64,000 nt of DNA, from assembly GCA_965198225.1 (NCBI GenBank), contig CBDAOY010000004.1, forward strand, positions 128,001 through 192,000, given 5' to 3'. Under the pieces are notes generated by a model. The model was not told the DNA's origin. It made no database searches and saw only the letters and a list, made by a program, of their open reading frames with translations. This document shows, in pieces, positions 1-11,074 of this stretch. Each line of letters starts with the position of its first letter. Position 1 is the stretch's first letter. This DNA is from Terriglobia bacterium. Lineage in GTDB: Bacteria; Acidobacteriota; Terriglobia; 20CM-2-55-15. The translations under genes and the position numbers were made by a program.

Positions 1-44
1 GTAAACGTTGCATGGACATCGGTTAGCTATCCTCTTCGACAATT

Positions 45-586
45 TCAGCACGTATGCAGCACGGCCGTTAGGAGACCGGAGTCGTACGCCCCGGCCAAGG
101 CCCCGTTGACGAAACGCTCCTGTCGGATCAGCACGGTGAGGAGCTTAGCAAGTTGATCAGGAGTCGCTTGTTTGAGAGCCTCCGTAGCTCAAGATCTAGT
201 GCCTTTCCACGAGGGCCTCGATAGCTCAAGCAGCCTCTGCCCGATGCAGCACGGCCGTTAGGAGACCGGAGGAGGCCCCGTTGACGAAACGCTCCTGTGA
301 TCAGGAGTCGCTTGTTTGAGAGCCTCCCTCGTAGCTCAAGAGCCTCTGGAGTGCCTTTCCACGAGGGCCAATCAAAGCCGATCACCCAGCCTGCCGCATA
401 CGCAGCCTCGACGAACTGATCAACGGCTTCAGACAGGGTAGTCGGGTACACCATCTGCTCATCCTGTGTGGCCTCACCCGTCGCATAATTCCGGGTAAAT
501 TCAAAGCCAGGAGCTTCGAAAACCGGGAGGAAGGCCGCGAGAGCATCGAGGCGCGTTCCGAGTGATTGGGCGTGCTGATCGGTCAT
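45..586 (-). pseudogene. DUF6508-like protein, disrupted by a scrambled internal duplication
   Basis: N-terminus LAAFLPVFEAPGFEF...FDWPSW. The C-terminus (EALKQATPDQLAKLLTVLIRQERFVNGALAGAYDSGLLTAVL) is in another frame at ~45-185, and 54-215 is imperfectly repeated at 243-368. Start overlaps the hsdM stop. Confidence 0.55.
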
Positions 587-2733
587 TGGACGCTCCCACC
601 GATGATCTCGCCGAGCAGCCCCTTGGTCTCCTTCTCCAGCGCCAGGATATCCGCCCGGATTTCCTCCAGCGACCGCATTGGCTGCGGCTTGTAGAAGTAG
701 CGGGTGAAGCTGATTTCGTAGCCGGTCTTGACGCTCGCCGGGTCGTACCAGACATCAGGCGCGTAGGGCAGCACTTCGCGGCGCAGGAATGCCTCGATGC
801 CGCCTTCTTCCAACAGCGGGATCTGCTCAGTGTCCCGCAATTCGCTGTCAGGTTCGTACTCGACCACGCGGCGCTTGCCTTTTACCGCGGAGTCGATCAA
901 GCCACGGATCGGGGCCGTCTCCATCCTGCCCGCCTTGTGGATCTTCTTGATGACGGGTTCGGCCGCCTCGTCCCGCGCCGCCAATGACGTCTGCAGCAGC
1001 TTCTTTCGCTTGGCCGTCAACTTGATGCCATGCTCGGAGATGTCCGTTTCGACGGCCGCCATGAAACGGTTGAAGTCCAGGTGAGGGCCGGCACCCAATG
1101 TTTTGGCCACGCGGTCAACGACATTGTCGAGCGGCTCATCCCGCGCTTCCTCGCAGGAGGCACGGAAGCGGGCGCGTTGTTCGACAGACAGATCGACGGC
1201 CAGCCGCAACGGCCGCTCGACCGTCACCTTCCAGTACCCGAAGCCCTGGTTCGGGAAGATCTTCGACTGCTCGGTCTCCTCGAAGGCCAGGAACGTATCG
1301 CAGATGCGGGTGATGTCTTCTTCGGACAGTTCGCAGTTCTTCTTGCCCAGGTTCTTGCGCAGCGGCTTGAACCACTGCATGGCGTCAATAAGCTGGACCT
1401 TCCCGCGTCGATGGGCGGGCTTCCGGTTGGTCAGCACCCAGACGTAGGTAGCGATGCCGGTGTTGTAGAACATGTTGAGCGGCAGCGCGACAATCGCCTC
1501 CAACCAGTCTTTCTCAATGATCCAGCGGGGGATGTTGCTCTCGCCTTGCCCGGCGTCGCCGGTGAAAAGTGAGCTGCCGTTGTGGACCTCGGCGAGGCGG
1601 CTCCCGAGCTCCGTACCGTGCTTCATCTTCGAGAGCATGTTCGCCAGGAACAGCATCTGACCGTCGCTGGAGCGGGTGATGAGCGAGTACTCGGCATCAC
1701 CGCCGTGTTCGATCAGAAAGCGCGGGTCCTTGATGTCCGCCTTCCCGCCCATGCGCTCCAGGTCACTCTTCCAGCTCTTGCCGTAGGGCGGATTGGAGAG
1801 CATGAAGTCGAACTCGCGGGATGGAAAGGCGTCGTTGGAGAGCGTCGAGTGTTCCGGCCCCCCGATGATGTTGTCGGCGGCTTCCCCCTCGCCCTTGAGG
1901 AGGAGGTCCGCCTTGGCGATGGCATAGGTCTCGGAGTTGATCTCCTGGCCGTAGAGATGGGTTGCGACCTGTTTGCCGCGCTGCTCGGTGATCTGTGTCA
2001 ACGTTTCCTCGGCCACAGTCAACATGCCCCCGGTGCCGCAAGCGCCGTCATAGAGGAGATAAGTGCCGGACTCGATCTCACTGGCGACGGGAAGGAAGAT
2101 CAGCTTGCCCATAAGCTTCACCGCGTCGCGCGGGGTCCAGTGCTCACCCGCTTCTTCGTTGTTCTCTTCGTTGAAGCGCCGCACCAATTCCTCAAAGACC
2201 GTCCCCATCCCGTGGTTGTCAAGACCTGGCTGCTTGACCGAGCCGTCGTCGTTCATCAGCGGCTTGGGGCTAAAATTGATGTCCGGCGATAGAAACTTCT
2301 CGATCAACGTGCCGAGCGCGTCAGCCTTCGAGAGCCGCGGGATCTGGTTGCGAAACTCGAAGTTTTCCAGAATGTCTTCAACGTTCGGTGAGAAGGCGTT
2401 GAGATACGCCTCGAAGTCGGCCTTGAGCTGCTGTTGATTGGCGCGGGCCTTGAGGTCGCGCGGCGTGAACTTCGAGGTGTTGTAGAACGCCTGGCCGGCG
2501 GCCTGACGTAGCGCCTGATCCTGGTGGATGATTTTCGCCTTGTCGAGCGAGGTCTTCATCGCCAGCACCGTCGGCTTGCTCGGCTCCAGCACCGAGTCGA
2601 GTCGCCGCAATACCGTCATTGGCAGGATCACGTCGCGGTACTTGCCGCGGACGTAGAGGTCGCGCAGCACGTCGTCCGCGATGCCCCAGATGAAATTGGC
2701 GATCCAGTTGAGTCGGCCTTCCTCCAAGCTCAT
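583..2733 (-). CDS. hsdM: Type I restriction-modification system N6-adenine methyltransferase (M subunit)
   Basis: FIWGIADDVLRD N-terminus, GEHWTPRD, motif I YDGACGTGGML, motif IV NPPY. ATG at 2733 is preceded by GGAGGA. Confidence 0.93.
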   Translation of the reverse strand: MSLEEGRLNWIANFIWGIADDVLRDLYVRGKYRDVILPMTVLRRLDSVLEPSKPTVLAMKTSLDKAKIIHQDQALRQAAGQAFYNTSKFTPRDLKARANQQQLKADFEAYLNAFSPNVEDILENFEFRNQIPRLSKADALGTLIEKFLSPDINFSPKPLMNDDGSVKQPGLDNHGMGTVFEELVRRFNEENNEEAGEHWTPRDAVKLMGKLIFLPVASEIESGTYLLYDGACGTGGMLTVAEETLTQITEQRGKQVATHLYGQEINSETYAIAKADLLLKGEGEAADNIIGGPEHSTLSNDAFPSREFDFMLSNPPYGKSWKSDLERMGGKADIKDPRFLIEHGGDAEYSLITRSSDGQMLFLANMLSKMKHGTELGSRLAEVHNGSSLFTGDAGQGESNIPRWIIEKDWLEAIVALPLNMFYNTGIATYVWVLTNRKPAHRRGKVQLIDAMQWFKPLRKNLGKKNCELSEEDITRICDTFLAFEETEQSKIFPNQGFGYWKVTVERPLRLAVDLSVEQRARFRASCEEARDEPLDNVVDRVAKTLGAGPHLDFNRFMAAVETDISEHGIKLTAKRKKLLQTSLAARDEAAEPVIKKIHKAGRMETAPIRGLIDSAVKGKRRVVEYEPDSELRDTEQIPLLEEGGIEAFLRREVLPYAPDVWYDPASVKTGYEISFTRYFYKPQPMRSLEEIRADILALEKETKGLLGEIIGGSVQ

Positions 2734-2875
2734 ATCCTCCAGGTATTCATGGCAGCGCCTCAATTCTCCCACACCCTCCAGCTGGCCCAATAACAACCAG
2801 CCAGACAAACTCTTGGCTGGCGGATGTGTCGCAGGTTTCAAAAAGCGGCAGAAGACAGCTTGGCCGGGTCGACCG

Positions 2876-2950
2876 GGCGCTGTTTCATGCTGCCACGTCG
2901 AACAGTTTGTTGATGAAATGAATCTGCCGCCGAACCTCCGAACCGCGTAC
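2876..2950 (-). mobile_element. IS6-family transposase 3' remnant with terminal IR
   Basis: Minus-strand VRRQIHFINKLFDVAA* resembles the IS6 transposase C-terminus and runs into GGCGCTGTTTCA, similar to IS6-type ends. Confidence 0.45.
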
Positions 2951-3527
2951 TCTTGCCCGCCAGCGCCTTAAGAATTCGCGGCACGCATGGATTGAGGGAA
3001 TGGATCGCTGGAAGACTGTCCCTGTCGTGGTCGTGGAAGCCAGCATTTTCCTGTGCTACAGTCAGAAGTGGCTCTCCTGCCGCGAACGAGATATCCTCGA
3101 GCGGACGCACCGCACTCCGTTATGCAGATGTGTGATGCGGGGTGAGTCAGAGGAGACGTGAAAGTGCCATCAGGCAGACGGGCAGAACCTTGGGTTCGAA
3201 TCCGGGCGTCTCAGCAACAGCGAGTGCTGCTGCGACTTCAACGTTAACTTTCTTCAGTTCTTCTAGAGTGTCTGCTCGGTTGAACGAAATGGAGGATAAA
3301 ACAATGAAGAATCAACAGCAGATGACTCGTCTTCGGATTTTGATGGGGTTTGTTGTCCGTGTACAAATCAGTTTTGTCGCGGTGGCAGTCCTGGTACTGG
3401 GATCGGGGGACGTGGCTTCCCTTTCTGCCTGATGGCATCTTCTAGCCTTCGGCTGCAACTCCAGATGACAGCAGTTCCAGCCTCAGAGGGATGAGGTGGA
3501 TGACGGAAGAATCCTCTCCCGCAGCGT

Positions 3528-4100
3528 CTACCCCGCGAGCCGTTCGAGTTCGCTGACAACCCGGTCCAACTCGTCAACGAGCGGCGTCCTGCCCGCTTGG
3601 ACGAGGCGATCGAGCACCGACCGGTAGTACCACAGCGTTCCTTCCTTCCGGGCTTCAAACCGTTTCCAGATTTTCTCACCGACGTCGCGGTAGTCGCTTA
3701 GGATGCTGCGCGCGTTGTGAAGCTTGTCGGCGGCACAGACGAGCCGGACCGATGCAGATGATTCACTGAGGCTCGCGATGTAGACCCGCTTTCGCTCCTC
3801 CCACGGAGGCTTCGGAATCGTTTCGGAGTCCGTACAGCCATCAACAATCCCGGTCACGCGCGCGCCGAAACGGTCACGAATCTTCTCCCGTGTCGTCACA
3901 CCGCCCTGGTCCTCGACGGCATCGTGCAGCAGTGCCGCGATAGCTTCATCCTCGTCTCCGCCATGTTCGATCACCAGCGCCGCAACGGCTAACAGGTGTG
4001 AAACATAAGGGACGTTGGAGCCCTTCCTCCGCTGCTCTCGGTGGAGTTGCGCGGCGAACACGAGGGCTTGCTCAAAACGGCTGGTCATCGCAACAGGCAT
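3528..4100 (-). CDS. HD-domain hydrolase, small RelA/SpoT-hydrolase (Mesh1)-like
   Basis: HREQRRKG..PYVSH, AALLHDAVED, ADKLHN motifs; stand-alone ~190 aa. Confidence 0.85.
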   Translation of the reverse strand: MPVAMTSRFEQALVFAAQLHREQRRKGSNVPYVSHLLAVAALVIEHGGDEDEAIAALLHDAVEDQGGVTTREKIRDRFGARVTGIVDGCTDSETIPKPPWEERKRVYIASLSESSASVRLVCAADKLHNARSILSDYRDVGEKIWKRFEARKEGTLWYYRSVLDRLVQAGRTPLVDELDRVVSELERLAG

Positions 4101-4612
4101 CGCAGCACATTACCCTACCTCGCGGCTGGTTCACAGTCACGCCCATTGTCTGCCGGAGCCACCAAGTCCGCAGGCGTGATGCAGACGAGTTGATCTGACG
4201 GGGAGCACTCCGATTGTAAGCGTTGTCGGATTGCCTTCTTCATGATCTCTTCAGGCTACCAGCCGGCGGCGGCCAAAGTTGTAACACAACCAACCCCGGG
4301 GTAGTCTCGAATCAGGCTGCGGGCGTTGGGCTCGAAGCCGCGTCTGGTTGGCGAGATTCTGTGAACGAGTGGAGACGCGGAGGGGAGGCGACGGTTTTCA
4401 AGGCGGCGTCCACGAAAAGGTCAAATGGGGCCTATGTCGGACTGTTAACGACGATAGTATCCAAAACATTATGTGACCAGATAGCATCGAACCTGACGTC
4501 CGTTTGTTTCGAACAGAACCGTACCGTTCAGAGTCATCACACGCCCACCTGCGAATCTCCAGAGAAATTTTCCATCCTAACCTCCTGCCCTGGGTTTTAC
4601 CCCGATTTCCGC

Positions 4613-4909
4613 CTACGGCGCTGGCGACGGCTCGTAGCGCTCCACCTTGATGCGGTCCTGATCCTTGCGCGCTTGCGCTAACTCGTAGGCGGTTTGCAGG
4701 CGCAGCCAATGGTCGGCGTTGGACCATCCGGCCTTCTCCAGGCGGATCGCCATATCAGGGGAGATTCCGTTTTGCCCATTGATCACGCGCGAGAGCGTGT
4801 TGCGGGTGACGCCCAAGACCTTCGCACCTTCGGTTATATTGAGACCAAGCGGCTCCAAACAGGCGTCCTTGATCGAGCGGCCCGGATACGGCGGGTTCTT
4901 CATGGGCAT
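4613..4909 (-). CDS. higA: HigA family antitoxin (HTH)
   Basis: [47 protein letters not shown]; directly downstream of higB. Confidence 0.9.
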   Translation of the reverse strand: MPMKNPPYPGRSIKDACLEPLGLNITEGAKVLGVTRNTLSRVINGQNGISPDMAIRLEKAGWSNADHWLRLQTAYELAQARKDQDRIKVERYEPSPAP

Positions 4910-4927
4910 GGCTCTTGCTCCTTTCTT

Positions 4928-5206
4928 CTAGTGGTAGTCGGACAGATCGACCTCGTATGCATCGCCGTCCTTAAAGCAGAAGACGATGCGCCAATTGCTG
5001 GAAATCGTCACGCTCCAGTAGCCCTTCAGGTCACCCTTGAGCGGATGGAGACGATAGCCCGGCAAATCGAGATCACCGGGGGTTTGAGCTTGGTCCAGAT
5101 GGAGCAGCACGTCGTTGATGCGGTTGCGTTGGTCGGCGCGAATTTTGCTGCCGTCTCCCTGCTTATAGAGCCGCTTCAGACCTCGGTGTCTAAAACTCTC
5201 GATCAT
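4928..5206 (-). CDS. higB: HigB family (RelE-like) toxin
   Basis: MIESFRHRGLKRL...LHPLKGDLKGYWSVTISSNWRIVF...DYH; toxin-first gene order. Confidence 0.9.
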   Translation of the reverse strand: MIESFRHRGLKRLYKQGDGSKIRADQRNRINDVLLHLDQAQTPGDLDLPGYRLHPLKGDLKGYWSVTISSNWRIVFCFKDGDAYEVDLSDYH

Positions 5207-5428
5207 AGGGAACCGTAACATGCAACGGTGCGGGTTGCGATATGCGCGTAGTCCTAAAGATCGCCGCCGCCGTTTCGGGTCTGCTCGCTCTCGCCTCGCG
5301 TCGGTCCGAAACCGAATCCCCGTTTACGTGCTTCCTCACATCCCCCCATAGGTGCGGGTCCCCAGACGTTGCACAAAGCTATTGCCAATCGAATCTCTCC
5401 TGCAATACCTTTTCGCAACGTGGAAAAG

Positions 5429-6433
5429 ATGAAATATCGCCTGTGGCTGAAGTTCCGGATAGGTAAGTCCCTGGATACGTCAGAGAATGCCCTGACAGCA
5501 TCGATCGCCGGCAGGACGGTCACGATCAAGTCAGAGAGGCAGCTGCAGCCGCTCTCGGAGGCATCTTGGTTGGTCATGGGATGTCGCGGTTTCGAAACGG
5601 AGGATCAGGCACGGGAGTTTGGGGATGAACTGCGGCGGGCGGCGCACTTAGCCGGGCTGTGCACCAGGATGGGAGTGGACGCAGGGGACCCAGGTGAAGA
5701 TCGTACAGTGTCGTGGGTCAACCCGGAGATGCTCGGCATCGGTCGAGGTAAGTATCGCGATTTGAGACTCGGACCTGATGTGCATGGCATCGTCGTCCTA
5801 CCGGATGACGGGAACACCGTGTTCTTTCGCGCCAGTCAGCCGACCGTAACGGTTCTGTCCAGCGCGGACCATTTCGTCGGAGCTTTGGAGGAGGCTTCGT
5901 TGGAAAGCGACGCGGGCCGAAGCGGTTCACCGTCGATCCGGCGGGCCATTCGGATATTAAACCTCGCGGAGATGAACGAGGACCCGATCGCCAAAGTGGT
6001 ACTGGCGGTTTCCACAGTCGAGGGCTTGGCGAACGATCCACCGTGGACGGCCGGGCAGAGCGAACTCATCGAACGTGCAGCCGGGTGGCTGGAGCAAGAC
6101 CACAGCGACGGGGAAAAGGCTAAGCAGGTCATTAGTGCGATTCGCCAGGTACGAAGGGAGAGCATTCGCCAACGTGTAAAGAGGCTGCTGGAAGCGAATA
6201 ACCTGTCGAGCGTGTGGGATGACTGGGACAAGCTCTATAAACGGCGTAGCTCTCTGTTCCACGGCCGGTCGGAAGCAGGCGGCGAGCGACAAGGCAGCCA
6301 CTTGGAGAAGACCGAACTACACAGGCTCGGGCAGGAAGCGACCAAGTTGTGCGCAACAATCATCCTCTCGGTGGCTAAGCGAGAAGGGATCGCAGTCCCC
6401 GACCGCGCTAGGGTGCACTTCGGAGTCGAATAG
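5429..6433 (+). CDS. Hypothetical protein with C-terminal HEPN-like domain (ApeA-like layout)
   Basis: AVSTVEGLA helix followed by LYKRRSSLFHG (Rx4H) near the C-terminus. Confidence 0.6.
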   Translation: MKYRLWLKFRIGKSLDTSENALTASIAGRTVTIKSERQLQPLSEASWLVMGCRGFETEDQAREFGDELRRAAHLAGLCTRMGVDAGDPGEDRTVSWVNPEMLGIGRGKYRDLRLGPDVHGIVVLPDDGNTVFFRASQPTVTVLSSADHFVGALEEASLESDAGRSGSPSIRRAIRILNLAEMNEDPIAKVVLAVSTVEGLANDPPWTAGQSELIERAAGWLEQDHSDGEKAKQVISAIRQVRRESIRQRVKRLLEANNLSSVWDDWDKLYKRRSSLFHGRSEAGGERQGSHLEKTELHRLGQEATKLCATIILSVAKREGIAVPDRARVHFGVE

Positions 6434-6663
6434 TATTCGTCAGTACGCCTGAGACTCAGGCGGCAGAGAGGTTCTCCCGCTGGCACGCCATTGCCCCGGT
6501 TGACGTAATGACAGATTCTGCTACCCTGGCAAGCGAAACATCCCTGTTTGGCGGGCCTTTCGCCTCGCCCTGGGTCGGCACTTACAGGGATTCGGCCTCG
6601 AGGCGAAAGCCCTCATCGGGTAGCCACGTAAACCGTGGCATGCCGACCATAAGGAAGGAACCC

Positions 6664-7641
6664 ATGGCGGATCGCGCAGGTTCACTGCCGCCTATAGAGC
6701 CCATAAAGTTTGTCCCAGTCAAAGGGAGCCCCGTGTTCGTGGGCCGCAGAGACAAGGCAGAGAGAATCCGTGAGGCGATCGTTGACCTCCAACTGGTAAT
6801 CGATGGATGCACCGCCAAGCAGCCTTGTGCGTCCGGCGATGTAGTAGCGTCAGTTGCGCGGCATTGCTCCATGTTTCTGAGGAAGATGGTGGTCGGTGAT
6901 GATCGGACCCGCCGCTTGCTGGACGACGAAACCTGTCGAACGGCTGGATTCGGATTCGACAGATTCCGGCGAATTTCAGGCGATCGGAGAATCCTGACCC
7001 TTGTCCCGGTGAACATCTCTGGTGGCGGCGTGAAAATCACGAAGCTGGACGAAGAGACCGGGGAGCCGGAGGCCGTTCATAACGTGCCCATGGGACCGCA
7101 GCGGCTTAGTATTGCCGTCGAGTGGCCGTTGCCCGGAATGGCGGACTGGTTCAGTCAACCGACGTCAGAAAACGCATGGGAGATGAGGCCGGAGGGGTTG
7201 TTCGAGTCACAGTCGAGCCCGAGCCCTGACTGCGATGCATGGCTCGGACAGCAATTGGTGAATTTCAACAACCGGGGGATTACCCTGAAGGATGTCATAA
7301 GGGTGATGGCTAACACAGAGGCGGCCCACTCCCCGCCGGTGCAGCGGCTAATGGTGCCGGCGGGCGACGAGGACAAAACCAGGTTCAGGGTTGTTAAGGA
7401 TAGCGAAATTCACATCCTGAGTTACATCACGGTCTGCGGTGTGAGATACAGCCACGCGATAGTGATCGAGACTGCTATGTACCTGTACCGGAAACTGACT
7501 CGGAACAAGTTGATCAAGCAGGCCGAAGGCGCAGGGGAGATTCTGGTACTCGGCTTCGCGCCCAATGACGTGTTCTTGCCTAGCCAAAACTGGCTTCAAT
7601 TTGATGACCGGGTTTCGTTCTGCCGCGCAGACTCTGGCTGA
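6664..7641 (+). CDS. Hypothetical protein, 3' end altered by an IS-end scar
   Basis: Long ORF with AAGGAAGGAA before ATG 6664; WLGQQL..TLKDVIRVMANTEAAH motif. Confidence 0.55.
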   Translation: MADRAGSLPPIEPIKFVPVKGSPVFVGRRDKAERIREAIVDLQLVIDGCTAKQPCASGDVVASVARHCSMFLRKMVVGDDRTRRLLDDETCRTAGFGFDRFRRISGDRRILTLVPVNISGGGVKITKLDEETGEPEAVHNVPMGPQRLSIAVEWPLPGMADWFSQPTSENAWEMRPEGLFESQSSPSPDCDAWLGQQLVNFNNRGITLKDVIRVMANTEAAHSPPVQRLMVPAGDEDKTRFRVVKDSEIHILSYITVCGVRYSHAIVIETAMYLYRKLTRNKLIKQAEGAGEILVLGFAPNDVFLPSQNWLQFDDRVSFCRADSG

Positions 7642-7747
7642 TGGACTCCTTCGGGGGCGCGGAGCAATCCATATCACACAGAGTAAGGGCTCCGAGGTAA
7701 TGGCACACACGGAGGCCATCCCGTTTGTGGGATAGCCTCCGGTCATA

Positions 7748-7785
7748 GGGGTCATCGCAAGGTTTGTACCTGAAATTACTCTAAG
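7748..7785 (+). repeat. Tn3-family 38-bp terminal inverted repeat
   Basis: GGGGTCATCGCAAGGTTTGTACCTGAAATTACTCTAAG is exactly 38 bp with the GGGG...TAAG consensus. Confidence 0.65.
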
Positions 7786-7981
7786 GGCGAATCTTTGGCG
7801 AACAATCGGACTGCGGAGCACTACGCCCGGTTGTTAGCCGAATTGAGGTGCTACGCAGCATGTCCCGAAAATGCTGTGGTCTATTTTGAGACTGCCCATA
7901 ATTTGGAAACGAATAAAGAGACACTTCGAAAGCCCGGAACGACGGTGAAATAGCCGTCCTGAAGCCGTCTCTGAAACGAAC

Positions 7982-9310
7982 CAGACTGTGTGAAAAGTCC
8001 AAGTCGTGGATCGCTGATCCGGCAACACCGAAGGGCAAGCACGATGACGGACCCGTGGCGACGCAGATCACTCGGGGCTGCCAGCCTTTTCGGTGGCGTG
8101 AGGTGTTGCTGTGACTGGGAAACGCGGGATGGAGGCGGATTGTTGCGCCAAAAACGGGCGGATTACCCGGTCAAACCGCTGCGACGGCAATCAAGGCGGG
8201 AATTCCTACGAGGTTGATTGCGCGGCGCATGTTGTAGGCCAAGGCGGTGAGGCTGAACTCCCCGCGGACATTGCCGAGTCGGCGCGTCAGGAACGCGCCT
8301 TGGCCCATCCACTGCTTGATCGAACCGAAGGGATGCTCGACCGACTCCCGGCGACGATCCATCACCTCGGGCCGGGCGGCGAGACGGTTCGCCATGCGCT
8401 CCATCGTTGCTTCGTTCTCGAAGCGCGTGATGCGCCGATAGGTGTTCTTGGTACATCGTTCGCGTAGACCGCAGCCTCTGCATGCGGCGCGGTTGGCGTA
8501 ACTGACAAGATACGTGCCTGTGCGCGACTTACCGACGCTTCCGCGATACAACGGCACCAGGCGCTCACCAGCGGGGCACCGGTAGGTGTCCGTGGAGTCG
8601 TCGTATTGGAAATCGGACTTCGGAAAGTGGCCACTGCGTCTGGCCGTGCTCCGGTCGGGCTTCGGAACGTAGGGCGTGATCCCGGCGGCTTCGCAGTCCT
8701 CAATGTCTTCGATCTTGTAGTAGCCTCGGTCCGCGACCGCGTCGATCTCGTCGACAGCCAAGTTCTCCCGAGCCGCTGTGGCCGTCTCCGCGAGCAGACC
8801 GAGGTCCGAGACCTTGCTATGGACCTGCTGTTCGGCGATCAGGTTGTGCTCAGTGTCGACAGCGATCTGGACGTTGTAGCCGACTCCGACCCGTGTCCCG
8901 GAATGCATTGACCGGGAGTCCGGATCCGTAAGCGACAGCTGGGCTTCTGTATCGTCCAGCGTCTGCCGATGCCCCTCCAAGGTCTCCTTTCTCTTACGGA
9001 TCGATGCGCTTCTCCTGAAGATCCGCCACGGCAGCCGCTCTGCCGCCGGAATCCGCGTCGGCCTCGTTCACCTGCGAGGTAGCGGTCGAGTCGGTCGTCG
9101 ATACGCTGCAGGTCCGTCTTCAGCTTGGCCCGCGGAACGGTCCCGGTGGTTCACCGCCTTGATGCGCGTGTCCACGGCGATCAACTCCCGCCCTACAGGT
9201 CGAGTTCCCGGCACAACCGCACGAACCGCCGAAACACCGCCCGGAACGCATGCCGATTGTCGCGCCGGAAGTCGGCGATCCGAGCCCTGGACACCATCGC
9301 CTCGAGATGT
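7982..9310 (-). mobile_element. IS1182-family element, 3' part (truncated and frameshifted)
   Basis: Begins with IR CAGACTGTGTGAAAAGTC. Near-identical to the copy at 13869 up to ~8945, then has many small deletions. Confidence 0.9.
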
Positions 9311-10753
9311 TGGATGCGGGCTCCATCGACCAACGATTCAGCTACGTCATAAGGAGCGGCGATTGACGGCCCTTGCGAGGCGAGAACGCATCAAGCTCGG
9401 CGTAGTTATCGTGCAGGGCAATCTGGAAGCTTACCGGATTGTGAGAGCCGGGTCTTGCTGTGTTTGCACAACCGCACGGACGGCCCGGCCCGTGCGGTCG
9501 AGACCCTTCCTTCCAGAAGTAATTTCATCGAGGACGAGGTCACCGGCGACCGCCTCTGCGTTTTCGATCGTCCTGGCCTTAAGAGGGCGTCGAAAGCCTC
9601 AAGGTTTCATAGGCGGACAGCCCGCGCCGCTGTCGCCCCAGCGCTTCACCATTGATTGCGAAGCCCGCGCTTGAAGGAGGAACCGGTGGCAGCGCTCTGA
9701 TGAACTCCTGGAGGGCCTGTTGCGAGCGTACTGGATCCGTTCGAGATCTGGACGGTTGGTTCGCGCTTGAATTGGTCGCCTTCCAAGTTGTCGGGCGATG
9801 AGTTGCCTGACGACACTGAGATGTTGGTGCGGGACACCATCAGCTCCGGCTAAACGATGTCGTTTGCGAAGCGCAGGAGTACCAGGCCGTGATCGCTCGA
9901 CTACGTGATGCGCCACGCACCGTTTGTGGGCCGGGAGTTGCGTCGACTGGGCAGGCTACGTCCCGGCGAAGTGATGCGACCCGCTCCGCTGGCACCGGTC
10001 CAACACGCTCCTGGGGAGGGTCATCGTGAATCGTCGTCCGCACCGCGGCTCATGAGCCGCCATCCCGGCCCCGCACCCCGACCTCCGCCAACCGCTCTTT
10101 GCTCGAACGACCGGATGTCGGGTGCCTCGAGGCGAAGTGCGCGCCGTCGGCGCTGATCCTGCACGCGCACGTGCCGTCCGATCCCGCCGTGATGCACGCT
10201 TCGACCGGGCTGTTCCCCGACAGGTCGGCCGCGATTACAAGGAAGCCGTCCTCGCTCACCGGCACGCTGGCGATGCCGTCGCCGAAGGTCGAGCAGAAGA
10301 AGCGGACGATCGGCTCCGCGTGCCAGGCCGCCCACGGTGAAGCCCCGCGAATTATGGCTTCTCTGGATGCCGTCCAGGTCTCCCACGCTCAGGCGCTGTC
10401 GCTGACCCTTCGGTGGAGATGATCCCGCCGCAATAGGTGCAGGTTTGGGCTCGCTCGATCCGCTCCATGTAAGCCCGCTCCGTCGCGAAGTCACTTCGTG
10501 GAGGGTGTCTCAGTACCGGACTATCGTTCTCGATATCATCCACGCCAACGCATGCCCGGTGCCGGAGCGCACTCTTGCCTAATATTGTCCGAACTACCAC
10601 ACCGTCAAGCTGCATAGCCCTCCGAAACGCAAGTCACAGGCAACGACAGAAGTTTTCCGCAGGTTTTCCAGCCCCGCCCGCGGTCTGACTATTCATCTGT
10701 AACCTGGAGGTGGGTCCTTTTTACTCGATCGAGGCGGGCTCTTTTTTACGTTG

Positions 10754-11068
10754 TCAAAGCGAACGCTGCACGGCACTGATGTCGAGAGGTTTAATATCCG
10801 AGACATTGACCGTCGTACTCGCCATGGCAAGATCGTAGCTCGTCTGCATATTCATCCAGTAAAGGGGACTTGTCCTGAATACTTTCGCCAGTCGAAACGC
10901 CGTATCCGGTGTCATCGATGTCTGGCCCTTTACGATGCGCTCTATCCGCGTGCGCGGTACGCCCAATTCCTTTGCCAGGGCACCGGCGCTCATCTCAAGT
11001 GGCTTGAGGTACAGTTCATCCAAAACCTCACCCGGATGCATCGGAGCAAGAATTTCGGTCATTTCCAT
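10754..11068 (-). CDS. higA: HigA family antitoxin
   Basis: PMHPGEVLDELYLKPL..LGVPRTRIERIVKG..TPDTAFRL..WMNMQTSYDL. Confidence 0.9.
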   Translation of the reverse strand: MEMTEILAPMHPGEVLDELYLKPLEMSAGALAKELGVPRTRIERIVKGQTSMTPDTAFRLAKVFRTSPLYWMNMQTSYDLAMASTTVNVSDIKPLDISAVQRSL

Positions 11069-11074
11069 CGGTCC

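Noticed and set aside
3190-3216. GGTTCGAATCC resembling a tRNA T-arm or att site
   Set aside because: The T-stem pairs poorly and no cloverleaf is present upstream.
4223-4605. GGGG/CCCC-ended segments as additional Tn3 IRs
   Set aside because: They lack the 38-bp spacing to a TAAG end.
9310-10620. Short ORFs between the IS remnant and higA
   Set aside because: No recognisable motifs; looks like decayed sequence that cannot be assigned without a search.
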